NCBI GenBank assembly: GCA_052327205.1
Contig: CM126204.1
Location: 340,690,001 to 340,754,000, forward strand
Direction of reading: 5' to 3'
Length of the DNA: 64,000 nt
Source: Somniosus microcephalus
Taxonomy: Eukaryota
Shown here: positions 24,801-36,121 of the stretch, piece by piece
How positions within the stretch are numbered: the first letter of the stretch is position 1
How the letters are laid out: the number at the start of each line of letters is the position of its first letter
Translations under genes and position numbers: made by a program
The notes under the pieces: generated by a model
What the model saw: only the letters and a program-made list of their open reading frames with translations
Databases searched by the model: none
What the model was told of the DNA's origin: nothing

Positions 24801-27012
24801 GGTGAATTACTACCATAAGTTTTTGCCGAATTTGTCCACAATTCTGCACCCACTGAATGCCCTACTACAAACTGGAGTAGCATGGAAATGGAGCAATGAA
24901 TGTAAGCGGGCCTTTCAGAAGTGTAAAGACCTAATCACTTCAAGAGAAGTATTGGCTCACTACAACCCAGCACTGCCAATCAGGCTGGCGTGTGATGCGT
25001 CTCCCTCCGGCATTGGAGCGGTACTGTCACATAAATTCCTTGATGGTTCAGAGAGGCCGATAGCTTTTGCGTCACGCTCGTTAACTTCAGCCGAGCGTAA
25101 CTATGCCCAGATTGACAGAGAGGCCCTCAGCCTGGTGTGGGGGGTGAAGAAGTTCAATCACTACCTGCACGGTCAGAAATTTACTCTACTAACTGATCAT
25201 CAACCTCTTGTCTCCATTTTCAACCCTCAGAAGGGCGTCCCGATAATGACAGCAGAACGGCTACAGAGGTGGTCCCTTTTCCTAGGGGCACACCAATATG
25301 ACATCAAGTACAAAGGAACTAAATAGCATGGGAATGCTGATGGATTGTCATGCCTACTGTTGCCGACGGTGGAAGAAGCACCTGCAGTGGATCCAGTGGA
25401 GATATTCCACTCGACCATAGTCGAATGTCTCCCTGTGACGAATGCAAACATAGAAAAGGAAACACGAAATGACCCGACACTCTCCTGGGTCTATGATTTA
25501 ACGGTGAAGGGATGGCCAGCACATGGCGAACCACTGTTGCCAGCATTCTCGCCGAGAAGAGAACAGCTGTCAGTGTGCCGAGGAACCTTGATGTGTGGAT
25601 CCAGAGTAGTAATTCCACCCAAATTGAAGGATAGAGTGCTCAATGAGCTTCATGAGGGTCATCTGGGAGGGGTAAAAATGAAGAACTTAGCCAGAGCGTT
25701 TGTGTGGTGGCCGGGAATCGATAGAGAAATCGAAGAGATGACAAAGAGCTGTACAGGATGCCAGAAGGTCCAAAACGCCCCACCACAAGCCCCTCTACAT
25801 CCATGGGAGTGGCCCTGATCTCCATGGCAAAGGGTACACATTGATTTTGCTGGTCCATTTATGGACTCGATGTTTTTAATTGCGGTGGATGCACATTCAA
25901 AGTGGCCAGTGGTAATAAAAATGTCCTCAACCACTACAGAAAAAACTATCACAGTCTTACGAACCATATTCGCCAGAAATGGGCTGCCTGAACAGATTTG
26001 CTCTGACAATGGACCACAGTTTGTGTCTGAAGAGTTCCGGAGGTTCTTAAAGAACAATGGTGTTAAGCATTACACATCCGCCCCATATTATCCAGCCACC
26101 AATGGATTGGCTGAGAGGTTCGTTCAAACATTCAAGAAGGCTATCAAGGCAATGTGTAATGAAAACATACCCCTACAACACAAGGTGGATAACTTCTTGT
26201 TTGCCTACCGGAATGCGACACATGCGGTTACCAACCAAACTCCAGCCATGATGTTCTTCAATCGAAGACTACGATGCCGCTTGGATTTGGTTAAGCCAAA
26301 CGTCCGAAGAGATGTGGAGAACAGGCAGTTTCAGAATATGAATGAAAGGCCGACCAGGAGTTTTAAGATAGGTCAACCAGTTTTGGCCCGCGACTACCGC
26401 ACAGAGAAATGGCAGCCAGGAACGATCTGTACACGGCAAGGACCTCTAATGTATACCGTGGACGTTGGAGAGAGCATTGTAAGACGCCATGCTGACCAGA
26501 TTCTAGAGTCACTGGAAAACGTCAATTCCACACCACGATCCGATACACCTGGTGATGAAACCAAAGTACCAATTGCATCTACCTCAGAATCGGTGATATT
26601 GGAAGCAGACGAACCAAACAACAACGTTGATCCCGAATCAACTTTGCCAGAAGAACCTGATACCCCAAAGAGGCGTTATCCAGACAGAATCAGGACGCCT
26701 CCTCAAAGACTGAACTTATAATTGCTTAACTTCAGCTAATGTATCTAGCAACTGTAATTGTAAATATGTTATTTAATTATTAATCGAATGTTATGTACTG
26801 TTTAGCTAAAAGGGGAGGAATTGTCGTGTATGTACTTTGCAGAAGGAACTATATTCTGCAGCCCTTGTATTATGCAGTACCAGTAGTGACCACCCCTGTA
26901 TATAAGCCTGTGTAGTAACTTTTGCATAGTAGTTCCAGTTTGTCTCCACTCAGTAAAGACCTGTTATAACCAACTCCTGCAGTCCGTGTCTCAATTACAC
27001 ACGGACATAATA
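21872..27012 (+). mobile_element. Gypsy LTR retrotransposon D (relative of C)
   Basis: LTRs 21872-22060 and 26822-27012; TSD GCTCA; PBS TGGCGAAGAG; PPT aaaaggggaggaat. Confidence 0.95.
22765..26721 (+). pseudogene. Element D single gag-pol ORF with a few premature stops
   Basis: ATG at 22765 (MPKTGNI); 833-aa stretch 22825-25326 covering gag, PR, RT and RH; stops near 22813, 25324 and 25816; integrase to 26721. Confidence 0.95.
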
Positions 27013-27655
27013 GCTCAGTGCAATGCTAAGAGTTTCATTGATTGAGGTATCATCCTTTGAATAATTTATCTGCCTGGTCCCGTGGTTCAGGTGGAAGTTA
27101 AGGATCCTGTGGCATTATCCAAAGAAGATCAGGGAGTTATCTGATGTTCTGGCCAACATTTTCCCCTCAATAAATATTTCCCCAAAACATTGTTGATCTG
27201 TTGCTCATCTCATTACTGTTTGTGAGAGCTTGCTGTGCAGAAATGACTGTCGTACTTGCCTATAGCAATAGTGGCTGCACTTCTAAAAGTAATTCATCGT
27301 ATATGAAGTGCTTTAAGACAGTTGAGATGCTTTTTGTGATTCTTGTAATGATCAATAACATGTCATTCTATAGTGGACACTAGGTGGAGCCGTAGAGCTG
27401 TATATAGCTGTATGTATAAGACTACACCACCCAGCTGTATGATATTAAGACTACATTACCCATGAGGCACTAGGCTACCCACAAGGCAGCAGTCAAGATG
27501 GAAGCCTCCACAGATACAGTACCTCGTCCACATGTGCTCAATAAAAGGTCTAGCAAAAGCTAGCAGTGTTCATAATAAGAATGTCTAGTTATTAATGAAC
27601 ATAACATGGTACCAGGAGTGGGGTGAAGATCTGCTGAAAATTGTGAAAAGCGACT

Positions 27656-27919
27656 GTGTCCTACAAGGGGAAGAAAGGTGGGCAGAACAGAAATGAAAAG
27701 CAATCGGAGGATGACATTTTTAATTGTAAACGCTGTGGTTACAAACACCAGTTAAGACAATGCCCAGCGTTTGGAAAAATGTGCACAAAGTGTAATGGAA
27801 AGAATCACTTTGCCAAACAATGCTTTTCAAAAGTAAAAATGATGAAAGGGCAACGAGTTAATGTGATTGAGGACACTGATTTAAGTGAGACATTTTTTTG
27901 TAGGAATGGTGTCATGTGA
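27656..27919 (+). pseudogene. Element E gag C-terminal remnant (zinc knuckles only)
   Basis: CKRCGYKH..C and CTKCNGKNHFAKQC lie ~100 bp after the PBS; the capsid region is absent. Confidence 0.85.
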
Positions 27920-28865
27920 CGATATCAAAAAAGATACAGAAAATGTGCAGCCCTCAGAAATAGACAATGCTGAACATAAAGTCAATGCAGTAAAAGAGGA
28001 CAAATGGATGATCCCACTGCAGATAAATGGAGCATTAGTTACATTGAAACTGGACACTGGGGCAAAAGCAAACTTAATCAGTATGAGTGACATTAACAAT
28101 ATGAAAGAAAAGCCCAAAATACAGAAAAAGTCAGTACTACTGAAGGACTATAATGGACAGAAAATCGATAGCTTAGGTGTATGCAGGCTCAAAGCGACAG
28201 TCAAAGACAAAGTGCATCATCTCATGTTTTCTGTTGTGGCTGAAAGACTTGATTCGATACTAGGTGACAAAGCTTGTGAAGACTTAGAACTGGTCAAGAG
28301 AGTCTACCGTATAAACTGTGCCATAAGCAGACCAGATGACTCAGGTGATGAAGCAGAGAGCCCATCAAGGATGAAAAGGCCAAAGGGTATCCATGTCTTC
28401 AAAAAGCCTAGTTTCTCCAAGAAGAAAGAAAAAGACTTTAAGGTCAAAGAGAAGCACAAAGAGGAAAAACACAAGGAGAAAAAGTCCAAAGATATAACCG
28501 CAGCAGATGTTGTTAAGCAGTGGAAAGAGAAAAAGAAAAAGAAGAAGCCTGCACCAGAGCAGGAAGCAGTTCCGGTGGATACTCCTTCTTCCCTCAGGCC
28601 AATCTTTGGTGTTCCATTAGCCGAGGCTGCTGAGAGGACTATGCTGTATGATGGGATCCAGCCGCCAGCAGTTTTTCGAGAGTGCATTGACTACATTGAG
28701 AGTTATGGCATGAAGAGTGATGGAAACACTGAAACCCTCTCCAAGCAAAGATCGCAAGGAGACCTCGATCTATACAAGAGCAGATTGATGACAATGCCGC
28801 AACTGCATCTTATCATTCACCGCCAGAACAATCTCATGAAGACACATCAGACTTACCCGTGTTGA
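27906..28865 (+). CDS. Chimeric ORF: retrotransposon aspartic protease fused in frame to a RALBP1 fragment (expression unknown)
   Basis: ATG at 27906 (GGAATGG), LDTGAKAN protease, then SGDEAESPSRMKR...YGMK with no intervening stop. Confidence 0.7.
   Translation: MVSCDDIKKDTENVQPSEIDNAEHKVNAVKEDKWMIPLQINGALVTLKLDTGAKANLISMSDINNMKEKPKIQKKSVLLKDYNGQKIDSLGVCRLKATVKDKVHHLMFSVVAERLDSILGDKACEDLELVKRVYRINCAISRPDDSGDEAESPSRMKRPKGIHVFKKPSFSKKKEKDFKVKEKHKEEKHKEKKSKDITAADVVKQWKEKKKKKKPAPEQEAVPVDTPSSLRPIFGVPLAEAAERTMLYDGIQPPAVFRECIDYIESYGMKSDGNTETLSKQRSQGDLDLYKSRLMTMPQLHLIIHRQNNLMKTHQTYPC
28341..28720 (+). pseudogene. RALBP1: Captured RALBP1 (RLIP76) coding fragment: Lys-rich region and start of the RhoGAP domain
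   Basis: SGDEAESPSRMKRPKGIHVFKKPSFSKKKEKDFK...TAADVVKQWKEKKKKKKP...RPIFGVPLAEAAERTMLYDGI..PAVFRECIDYIESYGMK matches vertebrate RALBP1 as I recall it. Confidence 0.92.
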
Positions 28866-29984
28866 GAAGATCCACACGTGAAGTAAAAGAGCCTGATGGA
28901 CTTATTCTTTGAGTACAATGTAAAGCTTTGAAAATGTGTTGACTGTTTTGAAAATGTTTATGTTTATAGAGCACTAACAAAAGTGTTACTGATATTATCT
29001 TTATTGTTTTCTTGAAAGTTGATTGATATTGATTTTGTTAAACCTCAAAGAAAGGGGGATGTAACGATCAATAACATGTCATTCTATAGTGGACACTAGG
29101 TGGAGCCGTAGAGCTGTATATAGCTGTATGTATAAGACTACACCACCCAGCTGTATGATATTAAGACTACATTACCCATGAGGCACTAGGCTACCCACAA
29201 GGCAGCAGTCAAGATGGAAGCCTCCACAGATTCAGTACCTAGTCCACATGTGCTCAATAAAAGGTCTAGCAAAAGCTAGCAATGTTCATAATATGAATGT
29301 CTAGTTATTAATGAACATAACAATTCTTTGTTATCTAAATGTATAAAAGTTTTAGGGGGCTGTTTTCCCCGCTGTAGCGCCTGCTTAGCCGCCTTTAGCG
29401 CAAGATGTCACCTTGGTAAAGGAATTTAAGCGTGTGCTAGGAACAGCCGCACCGAGGATGATTAAGCCTCTGATTACCAATTAAATTGGCTCCCAACACT
29501 CATTAAAGAGTCTGTACGCCTCATTTTGCTGGCTGGCAATGCAATTAACGGCCTCTCCTAACAGCGATCAGCTGAACTGGAGTAAAGAAGTCGTTGGTGA
29601 GGATTGCGAGCACTACTTAAAGCCACGCTCAGCTTTCACTGTTCACTTGCTGATTGGGATCGGCTGACTACACTGCGTTTGAAGAGGACTTTTGATACAC
29701 GTTGGGAGACTTTCTGGGACACTTTGTCAAGACTTCAACATTCTATCAACATTTATTCTGGAGACTCTCTGAGGACTTCACTGAAAGAGAGTGAGTGCTG
29801 TGCTACTGTACCTTTATTGGAGTCAGCAGGAGAAAGGGAGTGGTTGGTCATGGGGATCTTGCTAGGGGTCCCCCTTGGTCTGGAGGAGGCGATGAGGCCA
29901 GGCAGCTGGAGGAGAAAGGGGGGAAGAGGGACAGGAGGGCGCCAGATCATAGAATCATAGAAATTTATGGCACAGAAGGAGGTC

Positions 29985-30182
29985 AGATTCATGGTGACTT
30001 GCTGCATGCTCCACAATCTGGCGATCATGACAGACCAGCCATTACCACCAGCACTTGTGCCAGAGGATCAAGCTCAGGAGGAAGAGGAGGAGGGGGACCA
30101 GGGGGAGTACCGCAGGGGTCCAGGTAGATAGCTCGCACCTGGGAGGGATGCTCGCCCCCATCTAATTGAAGACCGCTTTTGA
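29985..30182 (+). pseudogene. Harbinger (HARBI1-like) transposase C-terminal remnant
   Basis: RFMVTCCMLHNLAIMTDQPLPP, an acidic tract, then GRDARPHLIEDRF*. Confidence 0.7.
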
Positions 30183-31556
30183 GAGACGTCCTCCACCGTC
30201 AGACTTCGGAACACTGTTACCACATGCCCTGCCTTCCACAACTGAGGATCCATCAAGAAGTCCACCATCTGCATTCAATCCTTTCAATGCCTTCCCCATG
30301 AAGAACACAATAAAAAAGACCACCAATTCCACCACTACCCAATTACCCATAATCAGTCTTTATCTAGAGAAAAAACAAAGTGAAAACACAATTCAACCAA
30401 CAGCACTTAAACTATTCACCCCGGTGTTTACCCTTAGTGCTTGTCCTATAAGCACTCTTGCCTATTCTCGTGCTTCAATGAAGTGCAACCTGAGTGGCAG
30501 CAGCATGTGAGGTGGATGGCTGCAGAAAATCTGAAGAGGGCAGTTCAGATGTCCTCCTGGACACCCTCGAGCGGCTGTGGGCCATGGTGGCCTCGCCTCA
30601 GACTGCCTCATCTCGGCATAGGCTTGAGCAGTCTGGGCCGTCTGACTGACAGGCAACTGCAAGAGCAATGATGGAGCGGCGAGGGAGGGAGCAGGAATGC
30701 TGCCATCTGGAGAGAGGCCAGTAGGTTCCTGCTCCATGATTCCCACACCACTATCTCAGGGCATCTGTTCAGCCAGCCCAGTGATCTGTTGGAGGACAGA
30801 TCTCTGGGCATCCGAGACACTCTGCAAGCCCCTTTCAACCGAGGAGCCCAGAGCTACCGTGGCAGCTGCTTGCGCTTCCATTGCAGCACTTTGCCGTTCC
30901 ATGTTTGGCGTTCCTTGGAAGCTGCTATGGCTGCAGTGGAAGCTGTGACCTCAGTCATCAGACGTTGCTTGATACTGGGCTCCACAGGTCGCTGGATTCA
31001 AGTGGCCAGCCTCTCCACGCTGGAGAGGATGAGTTCCAGTTTCTGCGTCCAGCCACAGGCCAAGCTGGAGGCAGACTCTTCCATCCCTCTAGCCACGACC
31101 CGTTAGCATTCAGGCTGATGGTTCATTGCACCAAGCAGTTGGTTTGTCAAATCCATCTGCATTCTTCTGAAGCTTGGCCCTGCAAAGCCCTCCTCTGACT
31201 CCTCTACAGTAGAACTAGTATGTGACCTTGCCACCCAGCAAGGTGGCACCTGTAGTATCCCTTTCACCCAGCGTGGCTGCTGGCCTCTAGTGCCCAGTGG
31301 TGCGTGGCACTGTGAGGATCCGTGTTCTACCCTAGCCTCTAAGTTACGCGTGGTGCCAGTCTCTGAGCTGGTGCCTGCGACAGTGATAAGCGATTGACGC
31401 AGTGTCTTCTTCCTCGCTCTCCTCCTTCTCCTCCTCTTCCTCTGGGGGGAAGTGGATCTTGCTCCTGAGGGCCTGCAATGATAAAGCTAGCAGGCCTAGG
31501 GTGCAGCACGTATGGCCACTATAGGAGCATGTATGTGATGAGGCCATATCACAGAA

Positions 31557-31833
31557 TCACACAAACCCCACAGTGCAGATAGAGGCCATTTCGGCCCATC
31601 GAGCCTGCACCGACACATATCCCACCCGATCCCCGTATTTAATCCCCCTAACACTAAGGGTCAATTTATCATAGCCAATCAACCTAACCCGCACATCTTT
31701 GGACTGTGGGAGGAAACCGGAGCACCCGGAGGAAACCCACGCAAACACGGGGAGAATGTACAAACTCCACACAGACAGTCACCCGAGGCCGGATTCGAAC
31801 CCGGGTCCCTGGCGCTGTGAGGCAACAGTGCTA
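31557..31833 (-). mobile_element. HE1/V-SINE-like SINE
   Basis: Plus strand carries ggaggaaaccggagcacccggaggaaacccacgc and ggattcgaacccggg, the reverse complements of the V-domain and the tRNA B box. Confidence 0.85.
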
Positions 31834-32302
31834 TGGAACTTGTGAGTGAGAATAGATTTGAGGGATTAGGGATCAGGAACAGTTGCGGATATATAAGGAA
31901 GCTGGAGTGGCCAGGTACCTCTAGGCGAGATGTCCCCTGCTCTGCCTGTATCCATAGCATCTGCCACTCACCTCCCGATTACTGCATCCTCGAGGGGAGT
32001 GATCTCATGGAGTTGTGCTTCCCCCTCCCCACGGTCAGGTCCTGCTGGCACCTGTTATGTGCTATCTTGTCCTGGAAGGGAAAGAGTGGTGATTGGGAAT
32101 GGGTGTTTTGACAGGTGTGAAGCCTCACATGGTTGAAGAGCTGTGAGATATGTCTGAGGTGTGAGTAGTGCCTGTGAAGGATGCAATAGTGTGGGGTGTG
32201 TGAATGTCAGTGTATAGTTAGATGGTGGATGCAGTGTGTTGTGGTTGTAATGCTGGTGGTGGTGCAGTTATTGAGAAGTGTGTTTGTGAGATGGGATCTT
32301 AC

Positions 32303-32584
32303 CTTGACCACTTGTGTCGAATCATAATTTTTTTTACGGCATTGGAGCCATATCCCTGGGCGGGGGGGGGTGGGGGGCAGTGCTCCTGGCTGTGACCTCC
32401 TCGGTGATGATCTCCCACATCTGCCGCATTATTTGCATCTGTGACCTCCTTCCCTTCGGCCCCCCACCACCCCACCCTCCCGGTGCGGGTACAGGGCACC
32501 CCTCCTCCTCTGGACCTCCTCCACCAGGACTTCCAGCGTCACATCTAAGAACATGTCAGCTCTCTCCTTCGGTCCCTGAGCCAT
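32303..32584 (-). pseudogene. Harbinger Myb/SANT-like DNA-binding protein, first exon remnant
   Basis: MAQGPKERADMFLDVTLEVLVEEVQRRRGALYP ... QCRKKNYDSTQVVK followed by a gtaag splice donor. Confidence 0.7.
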
Positions 32585-32708
32585 CCTGACACATGCCCTT
32601 GCCTGTCCGTCCGCGCACTCCATGCCTTCAGTGGAAGCGCCTGTGTGGAGGCTGAAAATTCCGCTGCTGGAAAATTGCTCCTAATCAACACTTGAGTGCT
32701 AAACATGC

Positions 32709-33102
32709 TCTGGCATGGCAAGAGAGCCCCAGGTGGGCAGAGGAAACGCTTCAAGGACACCCTCAAAACCTCCTTGGAAAAAGTGTAACATCCCCATCGA
32801 CACCTGGGAATCCCTGGCCCAAGACCGCACAAAGTGGAGGAGAAGCATCCGGGAAGGCACCAAACACCTCGAGTCTCTTCGCCGGCAGCAAGCGGAAGCC
32901 AAGCGCAAACAGCAGAAGGAGCGCACATCAACCCAAGCACCCCACCCACCCGTCCCTTCAACCACCGTCTGCCCCACCTGCGACAGAGACTGTAGGTCCC
33001 GCATTGGACTCATCAGTCACCTGCGAACTCATTTTTAATGTTGAAGCAAGTCATCCTCGGTTCCGAGGGTCTGCCTAAGAAGAAGAAGAAGAAGAAGAAG
33101 CA
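32709..33102 (+). mobile_element. 5'-truncated RTE-clade LINE
   Basis: WESLAQDRTKWR...CPTCDRDCRSRIGLISHLRTH; (aag)n tail; 11-bp TSD GCTAAACATGC (32698-32708 / 33103-33113). Confidence 0.9.
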
Positions 33103-35410
33103 GCTAAACATGCAGGTGTCCGTTTTAGCATCTCGAGGCACGTTTAAATCATGGTAATCAGCAATTAGGACCAAAACTAGCGGCTAAAACCAGACGTTTA
33201 AATGGGCTTCTTATTAGCACAGCACCCACCTAGCACCTGTTTTTACCCTTTCCCCAAAATAACCCCCTCGAGTTGTGTCCGTCACATCTCCAGTGTCACA
33301 CATTAACACACATCCAAAATTCTGTGTTTTGCTTTCTTCTAATAGACCTTAGGGTCTGCCGAACAGTAATTCGCCTTTGAATGACCTCCGGACAGCACAG
33401 TAATTATACCTCATGGTCTTCAAGGGACACACAAGGTTACACATAGCTGCAACTTAGCAGCAGAATAATATATTATGCATTACATTGTGTAATGCTTTTT
33501 ATATGCTTATAAAATAGTGACAGAATTACCATAAGTAGTTCCATGGGACATCTGCTAATCCTTATATGAATATTCAAATGATTTTCAAACCGCACAGTAC
33601 AAATGTGAATTCTAAAGTCGGCCAGGGATGTCCAAATTGCAGCTCAAGAACCACATACATCCCTCCGTTCTGTTTGTACTTGTACTTCTTATTTGCTGGC
33701 CATTTGTGTTGCATTTAGTGGACCCGGAGGTTTGGCATGAGCTGTTTTTTTGGTACTGTTGCCGCATTGGTGAATGACTCCTAAAGCAGAACACCAAGAT
33801 CTGTTCGATTCAGCAACTTAAGATTTATGAAAATGAGTATAAATGTGGGTTTAAATTTGATTTCCAATTTCTTACATTTTAGGACCTTTGCATATTTCTA
33901 TTTGAATATGCAGCGGGTTTAACGCCTGTACGCCGATTATTTTGTCGACACCAATATGGCGCTTCCTGCCTGCCATATTGGAGGCTTAGAAGGCATTTTT
34001 AGTGCAGGAAACACGTGGCCTCACGGTATGTACTTGTGTGACTCATACACCACTGCAGAAGGCTTCTGCAGTTTTATTTTTATTGGTGTGGAATGCGAAG
34101 CAATATGTTGGTCTTTTAGATTAGAAAAATACATTTCAAGACAAACCACATGAGAGTTTTTTTTTAAATGGACAATGTTAGAAAAAAATAGGCTCCATTC
34201 TCTCCAGTTCACTGACAACTAGATAAGATTGACTGAATTATAGTTGATCAAGTCTTTTTACATTGGATATGAAAACACTGAGCTAGAATCTTGCAAGTAT
34301 CTGTGCTGCAAAGATAATACAAAAATCAGTTCCTGTTATCCTTTTAAGCAGTGTCAATAAAATTAGTGAACATTTTAAATGAACGTTGTCAAAAACAACA
34401 GGGGACATATGTAGGTGATTTTTTTTTGCTACAGGGTTTTCATGCTGACAGAAACGCAATATTATTCAATGTTGTAATATTTCTAAATCAGCCACATGTA
34501 AAATATTGCTCGGAGGTTGCACAGGTGACTCTACATGGATCAGCAGCACAGCAACTGCCCTACAAATCCCTGGATGATATGCAGCAGTGACATGCTCAAG
34601 AGCAATTATTATGTATATAGAGAGCAGATATATGTAGGGCTGTTTGTGCCAATTTCCTTGAAAACTGTCTCTGTTAAATGCAGACTCCTCAAGATGATTA
34701 ATAGTGGGCTGGTATTGTGTTCTAGTCATTCAAATCTTCATTTAGTAATGTTAAGTTGTGACAGGAATATTTTAACTTTCAAAACGCATTGATTTTAATG
34801 GAAGCCATGCCTCAGTGCTTCATTTCAATTTTTGCATTCATTCCCATATCAGTTTTTGTGTATATCCATTTTTTTTGGTGCCAGTTTTCTCCTCTCCTGA
34901 AGGCACTGAGCCCTGCTGTGATAGAGTTCCACCCTCCAGATGGTCATTGTGAGTCCAGGGCAACAAATGCTGGGAGGTTATTCAATAAAAGGGAGTCACA
35001 TATGTTTAGTTTCCAGCCAGGGGTCACTGGATGGTGATTAGGATCAGGGACATCGGCTGATTTCCCTCTGGCCTTGTATATAGCATTTATTTGCTCTTTC
35101 AGTTCATTCTGAACATGAGGAATTCCACCAAACGCCACATAAAATGGAATAGAAAACCAAGGCAGAGAGTGATGAGCAATATGTCCGATAGACAAGATAT
35201 GACATTGTTACTCGGAACACTTCCGGTACACATTAACCTGCAGATCACAATGGGTCGATGATACAGGCAGAGAGCCCCCCCTTTTGCAGTTCTGTGGTTT
35301 GAACTGACTTGTATTTCACTCAAGATAAAAGCTCATTTCTGAACTAAGGTGTCTACACCGGCCAAGTTCTGATTATCTCAATTTTATATGTAATTGTTTA
35401 AAAAATATTC

Positions 35411-36121
35411 GGCCAACATTTGCGATCGGAGGCTTCCTGCGGGGCGGACGCCACCGACCTGCAAAATTTCTATGAAAGTACCTGGTGACCTGGGAAGAAT
35501 GGCGACTTGCGCTCCTGGGCCTCTCCGGGTCCGCGCGGGCAGAGCCCCCACGTTCGTAGGCGCTCCTGGGATCACGTGGGCTGGCCCAACCAATAAAAGA
35601 AGAGAATCCCCATTCATACTTTTGACAGGTCCGTACGTACGGAACTGTCAAAAGTATGAATGGGGATCACTTAAAAATACACCAACATGAAATACATTTT
35701 TTAAAATTACATATTTAAAATTAATTAAAATGCTATTTTAAACAAATTCAAGGAAAAAAAATTAAATGTTTTTACGGGGCTAAAAATAAACGTACCATTT
35801 TGAAGAATATTTTACATTTAGAAATGAGTGCTAAAATTTTATTTTTCTCTTTTTTTAAAACTCTTATGCTGGTAAAAGCAAGCCTTACGCCTGCTTTTAC
35901 CAGGCGTAAGAATTTGACAGGCTTTCAGCAGGCGGAAGTGGGGCAAATAGCGCAACTCTCCACCCGCAGAGGCGGAGGGTCTGTCAAAGAGAATTCTTGA
36001 CCAATCGCAAGTGCCGGTATTCAGCGCATGCGCTTCGCATGTCTAAAACCCGGCACTTGCTCGGCCCCGACGGGCACGTACACACCTCGTACGCACACGT
36101 AGGGGGTCGCAAAATACGGCC
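35411..36121. mobile_element. Harbinger-type MITE (related in reverse orientation to 55059-55821)
   Basis: Ends ggccaacatttgcga / tcgcaaaatacggcc; shared AT-rich core and aaaagcaagccttacgcctgctttt motif. Confidence 0.7.

Larger units (their letters stand above)
21785..27343 (+). mobile_element. Older Deu-type SINE split by element D (pieces ~21785-21871 and 27013-27343)
   Basis: tRNA-like head before D; the body after D is similar to the reverse complement of 15620-15862. Confidence 0.6.
27344..29322 (+). mobile_element. Non-autonomous Gypsy-derived LTR element E carrying a captured RALBP1 fragment
   Basis: 263-bp LTRs 27344-27606 and 29060-29322 (5 substitutions by eye); TSD ATTCT; PBS TGGTACCAGGAGTGGGGT (tRNA-Leu UAA-type); PPT aaagaaaggggga. 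Confidence 0.95.
29355..33267. mobile_element. Internally deleted PIF/Harbinger transposon (convergent transposase and Myb/SANT-like gene remnants)
   Basis: Ends gggggctgtttt / aaaataaccccc; plus-strand CCMLHNLAI transposase motif; minus-strand Myb-like exon. TSD not conserved. Confidence 0.75.

Noticed and set aside
28341-28720. Native RALBP1 exon of a host gene spanning the window
   Set aside because: It is enclosed by LTRs with a TSD and joined directly to transposon sequence, and I saw no other RALBP1 exons in the window.
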